A stretch of DNA of 64,000 nucleotides from Chiloscyllium plagiosum (GCF_004010195.1 NC_057743.1:17068948-17132947); one strand, 5' to 3'; shown: positions 11,121 through 25,091, counted from the first letter of the stretch. Notes: generated from the sequence alone by a model not told the origin. A program made the numbers and translations.

Positions 11121-12670
11121 CCAGAAGATGACATTTTTTTTGTTAGGGTATTGGCAGTATCATGGTAAGTAAGAATTCAAGGTACAGATTAGATCAAGCT
11201 CGGAAGGGGGGAGGGGGTTGTCCTATCAAACAGCTCCAGTGTCAAATGCGACTGGAGAGGATTATTGGTTTCTCGTCTCTTGCCCCAAAAAGGGACATCT
11301 TTCTGCTGGCCTGGGCTTGCAGAGTGAACAGCAAGAGTTGGCAGGCGATACGGAAGTCTGGTGGCAGGGAGGAGTGTAAGTACACCAAGTCTAATCTGAT
11401 CTGACCCAGTGACCCAATGTCCACCCCCAATCTCTCCCTTCGACAGGGGCTGAGGGGGTGACTTGGCAGCAGTGGACAACACTGTAATCTGCATTCCTTT
11501 AACCCCAGACGCTGCATTACACTGGAAATATCAATCTGCTGAACTGGCTGCAGACTCCGTTCAGAGCCACAGGGATAAAGCGTGGGTTCCCTTCCCCTCA
11601 AACGGCGATGCAATTAATATCATTGGTTCGGGAAGAAACACTCACCAGCGTATTTAAATAATTCAACATTGTGCGCTCCGAGGGGGTGGTGAGGTAACTA
11701 CAGCTACAGGCTGCTGCTAGTGACACATCAGGGGACTCTCTCTATCACAATACACACTGCACTAGTCTCACTGCTAAATACGAGGAGAAATCTGCACACG
11801 TTCCCTGCAATAAAATATTCCCAGATTTCCCTCTGCCTCTCTCTAAAAGCATTAGCGACGCGCCTGTTAGCAGGGTGGGTGTCCGGAATAGCAGCTCCCT
11901 CGGGGCTACATTCTAACAGCAGCACAGATTATCAACTAGAACTGCAACCCTCCCACTCTCAATACAACTGCCTACAAACTCTTCCAGTCACACAATTCGC
12001 CGTCTCCTGCTACCTGAAATGTATGTAAATATAGTATTGAATTTATACAAGAACTCTTTGGTTTTGGGATAGAGTCAAACTCCAATGTTTGTTTCCGTGA
12101 TGTGCTACTGTACAGAACAGAACTGCGTCTGTAACAATGTATCCAAAGATATTATTATGAATATATTTTTAAAAATCCACCGCCTCACTTTCCATCTGTA
12201 GGTTTTTAATCTCTTCATAACCCACAATCGGGGGGGAGGGAGGATTGGGGGCTGAATGTGAAAATCACCCCCATTGCTCTAACCCCTTACTCGGGGAATT
12301 TTAAAAAGACACATGTTGTTTCCTAAAACACCTTTTTGAAGGGCATACACACATTTGTGCAGGACTGGTTCTAATCTGTAAAAGTCCCCCTCCTACCCCC
12401 CAGCCCCCATCACCTCCTGTTGTCTGTAAACAAAACAATGCTGGAAATCACAGTGGGTCAGGCAGTATTCGTGGAGAAAGAGCAACCTAACATTCGGAAT
12501 CCGAATGACTCCTCATCAGAGCTGACATGACTTCCAGAATTTTATTTTTGTTTTCAGAACTGACTCCAGCATCTGCACTAACGTCCTGCTACTCACTGCT
12601 GCCTCCCTCTCTCTCTGCACGAATTGGATTCATAACATTTAAGAACTATTCCGTGCCATTTCAGAAAGGG

Positions 12671-13010
12671 ACACACACAAACACACACACAGACTCTCAC
12701 AATATACACACATACATACACACACACATACACACACAGACACACAATATACATACTCACCCAGACACACATATACATACACTCACCCAGACACACTAAC
12801 ACACAAACGCACTCACCCAGACACACTTATACATAACTCACCCAGACACACTAACACACATATACATACACTCACCCAGACACACTAACACACAAACGCA
12901 TACTCACCCAGACACACAAACACACATATACACACTCACTCAGACACACTCACAGACACAAACATATACATACACTCACTAGACACACACTCACACAGAG
13001 ACTCACACTC
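12671..13010. repeat. (CA)-rich compound microsatellite at the start of DHRS3 intron 1
   Basis: ACAC / ACTCACCCAGACACAC units abut the splice donor. Confidence 0.9.
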
Positions 13011-13012
13011 AC

Positions 13013-13207
13013 CTTCCTCGCCCCTTGCTTGGCGAACTCCAGGGCCAGGTGGCGGCCGATTCCCCTGCCTCCCCCGGTAATGAGCACCGTGTCCCGGCTC
13101 AGCTCCCTCAGCCTGACCGGCAGCAGTAGCGACACGGCGGCTTTCACCACGTAGAAAACCATCTGCACGGGGAAAAGCAGGAGGGAAGCCAGGCTCCTCC
13201 AGTCCAT
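13013..13207 (-). CDS. DHRS3: Short-chain dehydrogenase/reductase 3 (retinaldehyde reductase), coding exon 1; remaining exons are not found in the window and presumably lie left of it
   Basis: [65 protein letters not shown] (65 codons, 195 nt) matches the DHRS3 N-terminus with the TGxxxGxG Rossmann motif; ends at AAG|GTGAGT donor; alternative in-frame ATG at 13219. Confidence 0.95.
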
Positions 13208-13544
13208 CTCAGTGTTCATTCTAAAACAACGACACACAAACACATAGGAGAGAGAGAAAAAAGGGGAACTGCAACCGGTCCTCTTGCAAGTTAGCAAAAA
13301 AAAGTTTTTTTTCCCCTGTGCCCCTTTTAAAGTGCGTGTCAATTTCACTGTTTGCTGTTCAGTCAATTTCACTTGTTCTTTCTAAAAGCCACCGGCTTTT
13401 CTTTTCAACATTTTATTTCTTTCTTCTGTTCTCTGTCCAGGATCAACCAAAGGTTAATGGTCGCAGGGCAATGAGCCACAGAGACATCCATATAAATAAA
13501 AGAGCTGGAAGCGTTTGTGTGTGTGTTCGAGAAGCCGCGGTGAG

Positions 13545-13552
13545 TTTTTATA
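13545..13552 (-). promoter_or_regulatory. TATA box (TATAAAAA) of DHRS3
   Basis: Consensus TATA in the correct orientation ~340 bp upstream of the ATG, within CpG-richer sequence. Confidence 0.55.
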
Positions 13553-16380
13553 CAGCGGGTCCATTAATCCTGATTGACGACTCTAAGTGTCGGGTGGGAG
13601 CTGATCCGCTCGGTACTACTGTATGGAGGCGATCCCTCAGCCCACACCGCCCCCTCCCTCCCTCCCTCCCTCCCTCCCTCTCTCTCTCTCTCTCACCCTC
13701 CCCCTAGAGTCAGCCTGCAACAAGCCAACCTCTGCACCAAAACTGCAGGCTGCTGTCTCTCTCTCTCTCTCTCTCTCCAACTCTGTCTTCGCCCGTACCC
13801 AGCTCTTGCAGCATCTGTACAGTGCAGCGACCACTGAGGATTACTCGTCTGAGGGCACATTTGTCGGAACAAGCGTTCTTTACGGAGCAAGATGGATTTG
13901 CAAATCGTTTCTGGTTTAAATATATGTAGGGCAACTCTTCTTTCAGGGAAAAAAAAACACCACTTCCAGCAATTTGCAATCTGTGCCTTTAATTAAAGAA
14001 GCAACATCTTCATACCTGGGACAGCACACTCATTCACTTTTCACAGCAATCCCACATACAAACTGCACGGTAATCTGCCTCGTGTATTTGCACCCAGGTT
14101 CCAGTGTCACTGCCCCTTTAAATGCTGTACACACTGTACAACAACAACTCGCATTTATATACCTTAAAAAAAGAAATCCCAAGCTCCCCACCGTGTGATG
14201 TTTGAGGACAGATGACTAAAAATATTGGTCAAAGAGGTAGGTATTGATGAGCATCTTTAAGTCCTAAGGCTGGAGGGATGGGAAGGAGCGGAGCTTGAAG
14301 GGAACAGCCGTCAGTGGTGAAATGTTTGAATTTGGGGGTAATCAAGAGGGCAGAATTGATCTATTCCCAGAAGTTGGGAGAGATGGGAGAGATAGGGATG
14401 GGTGAAGCCAAGGAGCGATTTGAGAATTTTTATTTTTATTTTCAAGAATAAGCATCTCAAATGGTTCCCTCAGGCAAGGTACCGACTCGGTGCCTGTGCC
14501 TGGTCTGCCCTGTATTACCCATTGTCAGTTTAGGAGCTATCGCCCTCAGTTCTTGAATAGGTGCCCCTCCTGTTCGTTCAACTGGCGCCGGCGAGACGTT
14601 AACACGGACTTTCCCCAAGACAAGCGAGCCATGCAATCACCTGCAGCAGGGTATTGTGACTGCCTGGGAGTTATTGCAACACTGTTGCAGAGAGCACGCA
14701 TTTTTAAAAAAAAAATTAATAGAATGAAAAAGGAAGTCTCTGCCCAACATGTGTCGGAATTGAGAACAGCTGGCCTCGCTTGTAAAACCGGTACCTCCAC
14801 CCACAGGTGAGTGAGTCAGTGTTCATGATGTTCCCCTCCACCGCCTCATGACCCCGGCGCCCAACTCACCAAACCACCTTCCATGCCCTGTGCTCAATGA
14901 ACCTGACACAGCAAGATGTTGGCTGGTTTTGCCTGATGTTGCCACTGGGGGGATTATGAGAGCAACTCAATGTTACGTGTGTGTGTGCGGCTTCCTGCAC
15001 ACCTCCCTCTCCCTTGCCTGTCTCATTTTATCATTGTCTCCTGCCCTCTCTTTCCCAGTTTCCCCTTTGCTATCAGCTAGTGCCAAGAGTCTGGCTTCAC
15101 AGTATGGCATCTTCTCTGGGGCATGAACTGCACCCCACATCCTCCCCTCAACGCTTCCTCCCCTGGATATTTCTTTAAATGCACCTTCATAGCTGTTGTC
15201 TTTCACAATCTTTCCTGATGAATCAGGCATATACAAGAGAATATGGGTCAAAGATCAGAAACTGGCAATTCCTGCATTGAACTTCAAAAAAAAATCAGGG
15301 TGTGTAAGCAAGAGAAAACTGATTATCATTGAACTCCGAGACATGGTGTTGTAGTCAGAGAATCAAAGCATTCCCAAGAGGTCATTCAATGATTGTCCAA
15401 ATAGAAGTTATTATGAACAGAGAGCTTGAGCCAGACATGATACTCATTGGGAGAGCCAGTTCTGACCAGATAACTATTCTGTCATACTGTGGTGAGCTTT
15501 CGATTTGTCAGGAAACCAACAGCACAGCTACCCAGTCTGCCTGCAGATAATTGCTATAGTTGTGCAGAAATGAAAAACTTCCATGTGCATAGCACCTTTT
15601 GCAACATCACAGTGCCCTGATGTACTTTACAGTCACTCCAGTCTTTCTAGGGTGCTGCCATTGCTGTGATATAGGGAATGAGGTAGTGAGTTTGCACACA
15701 CTCCTACAAGCTGCACTGGGATCACGACCAGCTAACCTGCTTTTGAATGCGGGATTGACCTGGATACAGAGGAGAGCTCTTTTGCTCTTCTCCAACACAG
15801 TGCCATGGGATATGTTATATCACTCTGAAAGGACAGGTGGGACCTCAGTTTAACATCACATTCAAATTGTAAGTAGCCAAAATGACCCTGGATCTCTATC
15901 TGTCACATCCTTCACATCAGCCTGTGTGTTTTTGTATATGGTTCATTGAACCCAACTATGTGTTTCTGCCTCTGTCACCGACCCTTACCTGCACATCTAC
16001 TCAGGTTTCCCAATCTGGTTCCTGACCAGTGACCACTTCCAAGATGTACACTCGGCTCTGCTGTCAGCACTTAGAGGGAGCAATTTTAACCTAACCCACT
16101 GGGTGGCAATCGAGATAGGATTGGGTGGGATGCTGGTTTTATGTTGTGATGATGGACAGATTGATTCAGAGGAGAACAAAGAGATGGGAAAGACTTCCAA
16201 CAGCTGGACTCTGGGTCCATTAACCTGCAGCCATCAAGGAAACACCAGGAGTTGACACCTCTGATACTAGCTCTTCTTGCGAATTGCAGATTTGAAGGCA
16301 GGGTTGTGCTGCTCTCTACTGGGCACATTCGCAGGCTCTGAGCTGCCTGAATGCAATAGTGAGGAATCACTGTCCAACAT

Positions 16381-16512
16381 AGTTAAAAATCACACAACAC
16401 CAGGTTACAGTCTAATGGGTTTATGTGGAAGCACTAGCTTTCGGAGCGCTGCTCCTTCATCAGATTTTTAACATTGTCTGCCCCAGCCCAACACTGGCCC
16501 TGCCACATCACA
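16381..16512 (-). mobile_element. Penelope family A mini-element with intact hammerhead core
   Basis: Plus strand CACTAGCTTTCGGAGCGCTGCTCCTTCATCAG, followed by the inverted tail. Confidence 0.7.
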
Positions 16513-18924
16513 GTCTGACATGTAAGATACTGACATATATCTCAAGCTGAAACCATAGGAGAGAACAGATCAGAGCTCTCATCCCCAGCTTCTTCCACAC
16601 ACACACCCCCCCCCCTCCCCGAGGCAGTCCCTTGGGTTTGAGGGGTTCTGAGAGAGCCATTGGCAGGACAGTAGGTTCTTGAAGGGTTCAGTGGGTGGCT
16701 TATTTGGAGATTTCGGTGTTCCCTCTGACACCTCAAGTTTACCTCCTCACAAAGCTCTCTCAGTGTGATCAGTGCTTCCCCCACTAACCCTTATTTACAG
16801 TCAGTCACAAACAGCAGTGTCTCATGAGTTGGCAGTTTGGTTTGACCACTTCAGGGACTTAAAGAGTCCAGCAGTCCTCCTTGAAGACTCTTGATGTAGC
16901 TGAGCTCTGAGTTGAGCGGCTGCTTCAGGGGTTTGAAGTCACCTATACCACCACCATGCCTCACCCTGCAGACTGGCTTCGAGTGATTAGTACCTCAATG
17001 CTGGGCAAATTGGCTTGGGAGAAAACACTGCCTTTTTGCCCCGGGTCTGGAGGAATTAGAATTAGAACGTCCTTTATTGTCACAATACACAAGTACAGGA
17101 GTGCTGTGAAAAGTTTACAATGTTCTCCCATTTGGCGCCATCATGGCATCCTCACTTCCTCACATATGGCGCCATCTTCGAGTCAAAGTACCTTGATACA
17201 GATCTTTGATACAAAATACAGAAATAAAGGGAAATAGAAAGGAGAAAAGTTATATTCCTTGTAGTTGCTTATCTTGTGAAGGTTACTCTGGAGGTCAGTA
17301 TCCAGAGCGTTGAAGTGTTTACTGTAAGTGGACCCAGTCTCTGAAACCTGTAGGAGCATGGGGGATCACTCTGCCCAGGAAACTTTAGTCTTGGTTCAAA
17401 AATATTCATATTCAAAGCTCGGATAAGATAGCACAGCCAAGACAGCAGCTTCAATGCACACAGCACAACGGTACTCAGAGACACAAGCAACAACGATGTT
17501 CACAAGTTTATGTTTGATTAATATGGATTTAAGTGATGTATGTGATGACCTTAAAACAAGATTTTGGAATGGTTCAATAAGATGTTCCCTTATAATATTT
17601 ATTTAAATTTTAAAGTGTTTATATTTCTGTCTAATTTAGAAGAAACCAGCGCATATACACTTTTTTATGTATAGGGGCTAAGAGATGACAAAATATATAA
17701 CTTTACATTAATTTGGATGTAGTGGCAATTGAAAGCGGGTGGGGTAGGATCACCAAGTAGTTCAAGTCTAAGTGGTTTGAGGGGGAATAGTACAGTGGCT
17801 TAGTCCAAGTTGGTTTTCAGTTGGTTCCAAGTGGTTAATTTGAGTAAGGATTTATCTTGTGGTTATAATGGGAAAGAGGGAGACTGTTAAAGCCCAGAGG
17901 GGTTACTTTCAGTTTGTCTACTTATATGTCTAAACGAGTTTTATCCATTAAATGCACTCGCGGCATTCCACAAGTCTCGAGGAGTCTCAGAGTTGAAAGG
18001 ACGTCCTCCACGTTTTTAATCTTTCTCCAAAAGGTTCAGTCTACACAAGAAAGGAGAGGATTTGCATTTACGTGATGCCTTTTACGAGCTCAGGTTATCC
18101 CAAATTGCTTTACAGCTATTTGTGTAGTTTTGAAGGTGTAACCCTGGGGAGACATCAGCCAGCAGGCACACAATAAACTCACACAGGCACCAACGTGATC
18201 GTGACCAGGTAACCTGCTTTTGTGATGTCGGTTTGAGGGATAAACATTAGACAGGACTTTGGATTTAATCCCCTGCTCATTTTCCAAATAGGGAAGCCTT
18301 CCAATTTGGGAGCCTTCACGTTGACAGTAAATGAAGTTTATGTTTTCTATCTCATCTGAAAGGCATCATCTCAACAGAGCAGCACTGCTTGAGTAATGCG
18401 CTAGGGCATGACCTGAACCAGCACACTCAAATCCCTGCACTGGGGCTTGACCATCCAGCAGAGAGCCAGGGAATAATACCAACTGAGCGAAGGCTGCATA
18501 CCACAGTGTATAAACTGGGCTGCTGAATCACAGCAAACCATTCTGTCCGTTTAATATGATTTCATTGTCATTGATCAACTGAGACAAAATGTCCTAAAAG
18601 GTCCCAGGTTCAATCCTCAGCCTGGGCTGAGGGGTCTGGGTACAGTAACTAGAATTTAAATCATTGGAAACTTAGTCAGCACCTGGTGACTTGCTAATGC
18701 TCACTGTCTCAGTGTGTACAAACTAATCCAAGTTTACAAACATGGAATTGTCACTTGTACTGAATGGTTCCCAGCAGGATGCTGCATTATAGGAGAGGAT
18801 CCTGAGGGAGATCAGACGCAGCCATCGTTGAGAGGGGATTTCCACCTCACCAGCTGGGGCTGGATTCCATCTGAAGCTCTGCTGCAGCCCCAGTCACACA
18901 GACCAGTCACCTTCCACTCCACTC

Positions 18925-19394
18925 CTGGCCAGCGCACACTCAGATTGGGCAATTGCAAGAAACTACAGAGAGTTGTGAACGCAGGCCAGTCCGTCACACA
19001 AACCAGCCTCCCATCCATTGACTCCATCTATACTTCCCACTGCCTCGGGAAAGCAACCAACATAATCAAAAACCCCTCCCACCCTGTTTATACTCTCTTC
19101 CACCCTCTTCCATTGGGCAGGAGATATAAAGGTTTGTCTGCACGTACAAACAGATTCAAGAACAGCTTCTTCCCTGCTGTTATTAGACTTCTGAATGGAC
19201 CTGTGAAATTTTAAAATGTAATGTTGACCTCACTGTATGTGCACCTTCTCTGCAGCCGAAACACTGTATTCCTCCCTCTGTTCTATTACCCTTGTGCGCT
19301 TTGTATGATATGATCTGTCTGTACTGCACACACAACAAAATTTTGCACTGTACTTAGGTACGTGACAATAATAAATCAAATCAAATCAAATCAA
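18925..19394 (+). mobile_element. Rex1/Babar-type LINE 3' fragment
   Basis: KLQRVVNAGQSVTQTSLPSIDSIY...IIKNPSHP...LPLGRRY...RTNRFKNSFFPAVIRLLN; AATAAA plus (TCAAA)n tail. Confidence 0.8.
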
Positions 19395-19609
19395 AAGTTT
19401 TGCAGCTGGGCCTAAATTATGGTGCAAATAAATAGGCAGATAGATTCTTAGAAAGAGACAAAAATCTCGCAAGAAAATCTTAAAGCACAGAATGAGACCC
19501 CTCTGCCCATTGTTCCTGTACTGACTCTTTAAGAGAGCTTTCCAGTTCATCCCACTCCCCCTGTAAATTTATCCTGTTTATGTATACACAATATTCAACC
19601 CCTTTCAGA

Positions 19610-20275
19610 GAATATAGAACATTACAGCATAGAAAAGCCCTTCAACCCTGTGAAACCAATCTAACCAACCTAAACTGACCTCTGAAGCCCATCTATCCTA
19701 CACTATTCTATTTTCATCCATATGCCTATCCAATAACCATTTAAATGCCCTTAAAGTTGGTGTGTCTACAACTGTCGCAGGCAGTTCCATGACCTTAATA
19801 TTCTCTGAGTAAAGAAACAACCTCTGACATCTGTCCTATAGCTATCACCCCTCAATTTAAAACTATGCCCCCTCATGCTGGCCATTACCATCTGTGGAAA
19901 AAGGCTCTCACTGTCCACACTATCCAATCCTCTGATCATCTTGTATGTTTCTATTAAGTTACCTCTCTGTCTTCTTCTCTGTAACAAAGACAGCCTCAAG
20001 TCTCTCAATCTCCTCATAAGACCTTCCCTCCATACCAGGCAACATCCTGGTGAATCTCCTCTGCACCCTTTCCAATGCTTCCACATCCTTCCTATAATGC
20101 AGTGACCAGAACTGTATGCAATAGCCCATGTGTGGCAGCACCCCCCAGAGTTTTGAACAGCTGTAACATGACCTTAGGGTTCCAAAACTCAATCCCTCTC
20201 CCAATAAAAGCTAACACACCTTCTTATCAATCCTATCAACCTGGGTGGCAACTTTCAGGGATCTGTGCATATGGA
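19610..20275 (-). mobile_element. CR1/HER1-type LINE 3' fragment
   Basis: YCIQFWSLHYRKDVEALERVQRRFTRMLPG and GNLIETYKMIRGLD motifs, frameshifted. Confidence 0.85.
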
Positions 20276-20611
20276 AGTTCCCTTTGAATGTGTTTCCACC
20301 TTGGGACAGCACATTCCAGATCACTGCGAATTGCATTAAATAAATTCTAACCTCGTGCATTATCTCCTTTTGTCCGCTAGTTACCAAACCCCTGCCAGTT
20401 TCCACCTGCTTGTTCTTTTCTTTGTTTCCCCTTCCTTCCTGAAGACAAGCTCCACTACTTCCTTTCTTCTTTCTCAGTTTCTCTGCCTGAATGTCCCCTG
20501 ACTCTCCCCTTCACCATCGGGCGGGCACGAAGGTGGATCCCAAAACCACCCCGGGCAGAATGGTGATCAAAACCCCCTGCTCGACACCAATCTGATCTAT
20601 ACTGGCCCCCA

Positions 20612-21310
20612 ACAAAGAGACCTTGGAGTGCAGTTTCATAGCTCCTTGGACGTGGTAGATAGGATAGTGAAGAAGGTGTTTGGTATCTTTCCTTTATTGG
20701 TCAGAGCATTGAGTACAGGAGTTGGGAGGTGATGTTGCTGCTGTACAGGATGTTGGCAAGGTCATTTCTGAAATGCTGTATGCAATTCTGGTCTCCCTGC
20801 TATAGGAAGGATGTTGTGAAACTTGAAAGGGTTTAGAAAAGATTTACAAGGATGTTGCCAGGGTTGGAGGATTTGAGCTATAAGGAGAGGCTGAACAGGC
20901 TACGGCTGTTTTCCCTGGACCGTCGGAGGCTGAGGGGAGACCTTATAGAGGTTTATAAAATCATGAGGGGCATGGATAGGATAAATAGACAAAGTCTTTT
21001 CCCTGGGGTGGGGGAGTCCAGAACTAGAGGGCACAGGTTTAGGGTGAGAGGGGAAAGATATAAAAGGGACGTAAGGGGCAACGTTTTGACGCAGAGGGTG
21101 GTACGTGTATGGAAAGAGCTGCCAGAGGAAGTGATGGAGGCTGGTACAATTACAACATTTAAGAGGCATCTGGATGGGTATGTGAATAGGAAAGGTTTAG
21201 AGGGATGTAGACCAAGTGCTGGCAAATGGGACTGTTAGGTTGGAATATCTGGTCAGCATGGACGGGTTGGACAGAAGGGTCTGTTTCCGTGCTGTACATC
21301 TCGATGACTC
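20612..21310 (+). mobile_element. CR1/HER1 LINE 3' fragment
   Basis: MLPGLEDLSYKERLNRLRLFSLDRRRLRGDLIEVYKIMRG...FKRHLDGY, then the 3' tail shared with HE1. Confidence 0.9.
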
Positions 21311-22009
21311 AGATAATTATGTAGCTCATCCCCATTCCAAAGGAAGGCAAGTTGCTGTGGCGATATCCATCTTTTTCATTGTAGTCTTGATAATAACAGA
21401 GCAGTCTCCAATGTTCTTTCCTCCACATGACTGACCAGGAAATTCTCCTGCTCCTGTTGCCTGCTACTGGCACGTGTTGGAAGATTGACAGGTTGACATC
21501 CGACCTGTTTGTTGTATGTTGTGAACATAACCCTCCTTGACATCATGAGTGAGTGAATGATTTATTGTCACATTTATCTTGGGAGATACAATGAAAAGTT
21601 TTCTGTGGCCACCAGTGTCATTTCAAGGTGCAAAAGAGTGAGAAGGATGTACTCAAATATAGATCACCTTTATCACCCGGAGTCCCAGATACCACTCTGA
21701 GCATGGTCAACCCTCCAGGCCTGCTACCACCTAGTGTCCCTGCTCCTTCATCACTGCAGCATCACTGCCAATTCCAGGAGTCCACACATCGGGCCTCCGA
21801 AGCCAGGGGTCCCAACTCCAGTCACCACCGATACCAGCCTCTCCATGATATCAGGAAGATGAGGGAAAAAAAAGGAAAGGAGAGAGAAAGAAAAGGATCA
21901 AGTCCTGATATGGGATTTGAATCTGGAGCTTCTGGCCCAGAGGCAAGGACACTACCCACTGTGGCCCCTTTAGCTGCCAGAATGAACAAAGGGCTGAACG
22001 TACCACCTA

Positions 22010-22183
22010 GAGTCGAGTGTGTGGTGCTGAAAAAGCACAGCAGCTCAGACATTTTTCCCGATGAAGGGCTTATGCCTGAAACTTCGATTTTCCTGCTCCT
22101 CGGATGCTGCCTGACCTGCTGTGCTTTCCCAGCACCACACTCTTGGCTCTGAGCTCCAGCATCTGCAGTCCTCACTTTCTCCT
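22010..22183. mobile_element. Penelope-derived mini-element, family B
   Basis: GATGAAGGGCTTATGCCTGAAAC...GCATCTGCAGTCCTCACTTTCTCC, with a partial inverted arm. Confidence 0.7.
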
Positions 22184-23106
22184 GAAGATGCTACCCTCCC
22201 CAACCTTTTCCGAAGATCGATCATCAGGCACTGGATCCAGGTGAAGCACCTGACAGGCGTATGGGTGAAAAGGTTTTAATTTGTGTTTATTTTCCATGCG
22301 GTGAGTGCCAAAGATTCATTGAGAGTTTTTTGGCCTTACTGTCATGAATGAAATATCTGAAGCAGAGTCATGGGTTCACCTCCACTGGTGTGGGCACAGC
22401 ATGAAATGGGAGTCGGCAATGCAAACCAGTTGCTGGCTCCAGGAAGCAGATGGTCTTCCGTTCTCATTCCGCCTTTGACAGGGTTCCAACACTGCTCCCC
22501 GCCCTTCCGTTTGTACCTGCACTTGGCTCTGAGCCACAGAAACCAGGGAGGGGCCTGTTCCTGCTCAGCAGTAGCTGTGGGGCCTGTGGTGAACTTGGGC
22601 ATGTTCTTTGTGGAGCAGTAAAGATCTCCAAGCCCCAGGTTAGGCAATCAGCTGCCATTATGGAATATATAAAATCGCCTAAACTGGCCTTTCAGCCCGT
22701 CTCTTTCATGCTGTTTATGCTTCACACAACCTTCCTCCCTACCATCATATCCATCTCCATCATGTATCTAGCAAGCTTCCTCTGCAGTGTAACCAATGCT
22801 ATTTCCTACGAACGCTGCATGTGATACTGAAATAACATTTGATAGACAGGCCATTCACTCAGCCGCTTTGTGGCAATGTTTAATGTTCCACATTTTGGGG
22901 AAGGAGCCTGGTGTTACCAAGTTCCTGATTGATCCTATATCTCCACCTAGTGGATGCAAGCAATAATGGTCCTTGCACAAATTCTGCACACCCCCTTCAT
23001 TGAATTATCGAATCCCTACAGTTTGGGAGCAGGTCATACAGGTCATTAAATCCAAACTGATCCTCGTTTAAGAGCATCCCACCCATATCCAAACCCGTCT
23101 CACTAC

Positions 23107-23364
23107 TTTAGGGTGAGAGGGGAAAGACATAAAAGAGACCTACGGGGCAACTTTTTCATGTGGAATGAGCTCCCAGAGGAAGTAGTGGAGACTGATACAA
23201 TTGCAACATTTAAGAGGCATTTGGATGGGTATATGAATAGGAAGGGTTTGGAGGGATATGGGCCGGGTGCTGGCAGGTGGGACTAGTTTGGGTTGGGATA
23301 TATGGACGGGTTGGACCGAAGGGTCTGTTTCCGTGCTGTACGTCTCTGTGACTCTATGACTCTA
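23107..23364 (+). mobile_element. CR1/HER1 LINE 3' end
   Basis: Same 3' sequence as the other copies, with (GACTCTAT)n tail. Confidence 0.85.
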
Positions 23365-24277
23365 CAAAAACAGGCCTCCACCATCACCCATTGCCACCTC
23401 TTTATAAGCCAGTTTTGGATCCAGTTTGCCAAATTACCTTTTGGACCAACCTTCCATGTTGCATAAGCCAGTGACTAAGCTGGTACCCCACGATTAGGAA
23501 AGCAACATTTCAGAACTCGGGCTGTTTCATTTAAGGTGGAGGTGAGGAGGAATTTCTTCTCCTGGTTGAAGGTTTGGAATACTGTTCCCCAGAGATCGAT
23601 GGAGGGGGGAGTCATTAAATATGTTAAAGACTGAGTGAGAGAAGGTTCTGAGGAGCAGTCAGGAACGATAAGGTGAGGCCAAGACTAGATTAACCTTGAT
23701 CTTACTGAATTGTTTAGAAAATTCAATGGGCCGAATAGCCCACTCCTGCTCCTACTTCCCAGACTCTCATAAACACAGCACGCCCGCTTTAAATATTGCT
23801 GGTGATGATCCTTCCTGCTGCTTTGGGCCACATTAACCATACCTGGCCTCCTCACTCACTCACTCACTGCCGTTGCACTACTTTCACCAGCTGCACCAGC
23901 CACTTTCTTCGCACTCAATCCCTCCCTATGTCTCATTCCAGGGGAAAGTGATACATGATCGGGCTGAGACAGCCACGATGAAGGCTGGGCTGCTCTACAT
24001 TTGACACCTTTGCCTTTATGACGAGAGGATACTGACCCTGACCTGCCCCATGGACTGGCTGACCATGCCTTAGATCCTGGGCTGATACTGGAAGCTGCCC
24101 TGAATATACTATGCCAGGACCCCCTGTCTGAAATATATCTCCTTTGACTTGACTGAATCACAGAGTCCCTACAGTGCAGATGGATAGCCCATTCTCCCCA
24201 GCAAGTCTGCAATGACCTCTGAAGATCTTCCCACCTCGGCCCAGCCCCGACCCTATGCCTGTAACCCTGCATTTACG

Positions 24278-24874
24278 ATGGGTTCAGAAAAGATTTACAA
24301 GGATGTTGCCAGGGTTGGAGGATTTGAGCTATAGGGAGGGGTTGAATGTGATGGGGCTGTTTTCCCTGGAGCGTGGGAGGCTGAGAGGTGATTTTATGGA
24401 GGTTTATAAAATCATGAGGGGCGTGGATAGGACCAATAGACAAAATCTTTTCCCTGGGGTGGAGGAGTCCAGAACTAGGGGCTGAATAGGCTGGGGCTGT
24501 TTTCCCTGGAGCTGAGGAGTGACGTCATAGAGGTTTACAAAATTATGAGGGGCATTTATAGGATAAATAGACAGTGTCTTTTCCCTGGGGTGGGTGAGTC
24601 CAGAACTAGAGGGCTTAGGCTTAGGGTGAGAGGGGAAAGATATAAAAGAGACCTAAGGGGCAACTTTTTCACACAGAGGGTGGTACGTGTATGGAATGAG
24701 CTGCTAGAGGAAGTGGTGGAGGCTGGTACAATTACAACATTTAAAAGGCATTTGGATGGGTATGTGAATAGGAAGGGTTTGGAGGGATATGGGCCAGGTG
24801 CTTGCAGGTGGGACTAGATTGGGTTGGGATATCTGGTTGGCATGAACAGGTTGGACCGAAGGGTCTGTTTCCGT
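24278..24874 (+). mobile_element. CR1/HER1 LINE 3' fragment with an internal restart at ~24480, nested in an HE1 SINE (24155-24277 and 24875-24980, minus)
   Basis: Two successive copies of the GLFSLE...GVEESRTRG segment; HE1 halves on either side. Confidence 0.8.
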
Positions 24875-25091
24875 GAGCACACCCACATAGACATGGGGAG
24901 AACATGCAAAACTCCACACAGACACTCATCCAAACTGCAATTGAGCCCAGGTCTCTGGCACAGTGAGGCTGCAGTGCTAACCGCCCAGCCACTGTGCCAA
25001 GTTCTCCTTCAACTTTGAGACTTGGCTAAACTTTGAAACGTGGGCAGTCTGTCCTGGGTTGGCACTTGATGCGGGTGAATCACTGATGTGG

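Noticed and set aside
1-13012. Further DHRS3 exons
   Set aside because: I found no sequence resembling exon 2 (IVLWGRTEKCL...) on the minus strand; the small N gap sits in a microsatellite, so the exon probably lies outside the window.
12950-13372. 140-aa ORF as the full DHRS3 exon
   Set aside because: The N-terminal extension begins at a non-ATG codon in the 5' UTR, and the C-terminus reads through the splice donor into a microsatellite.
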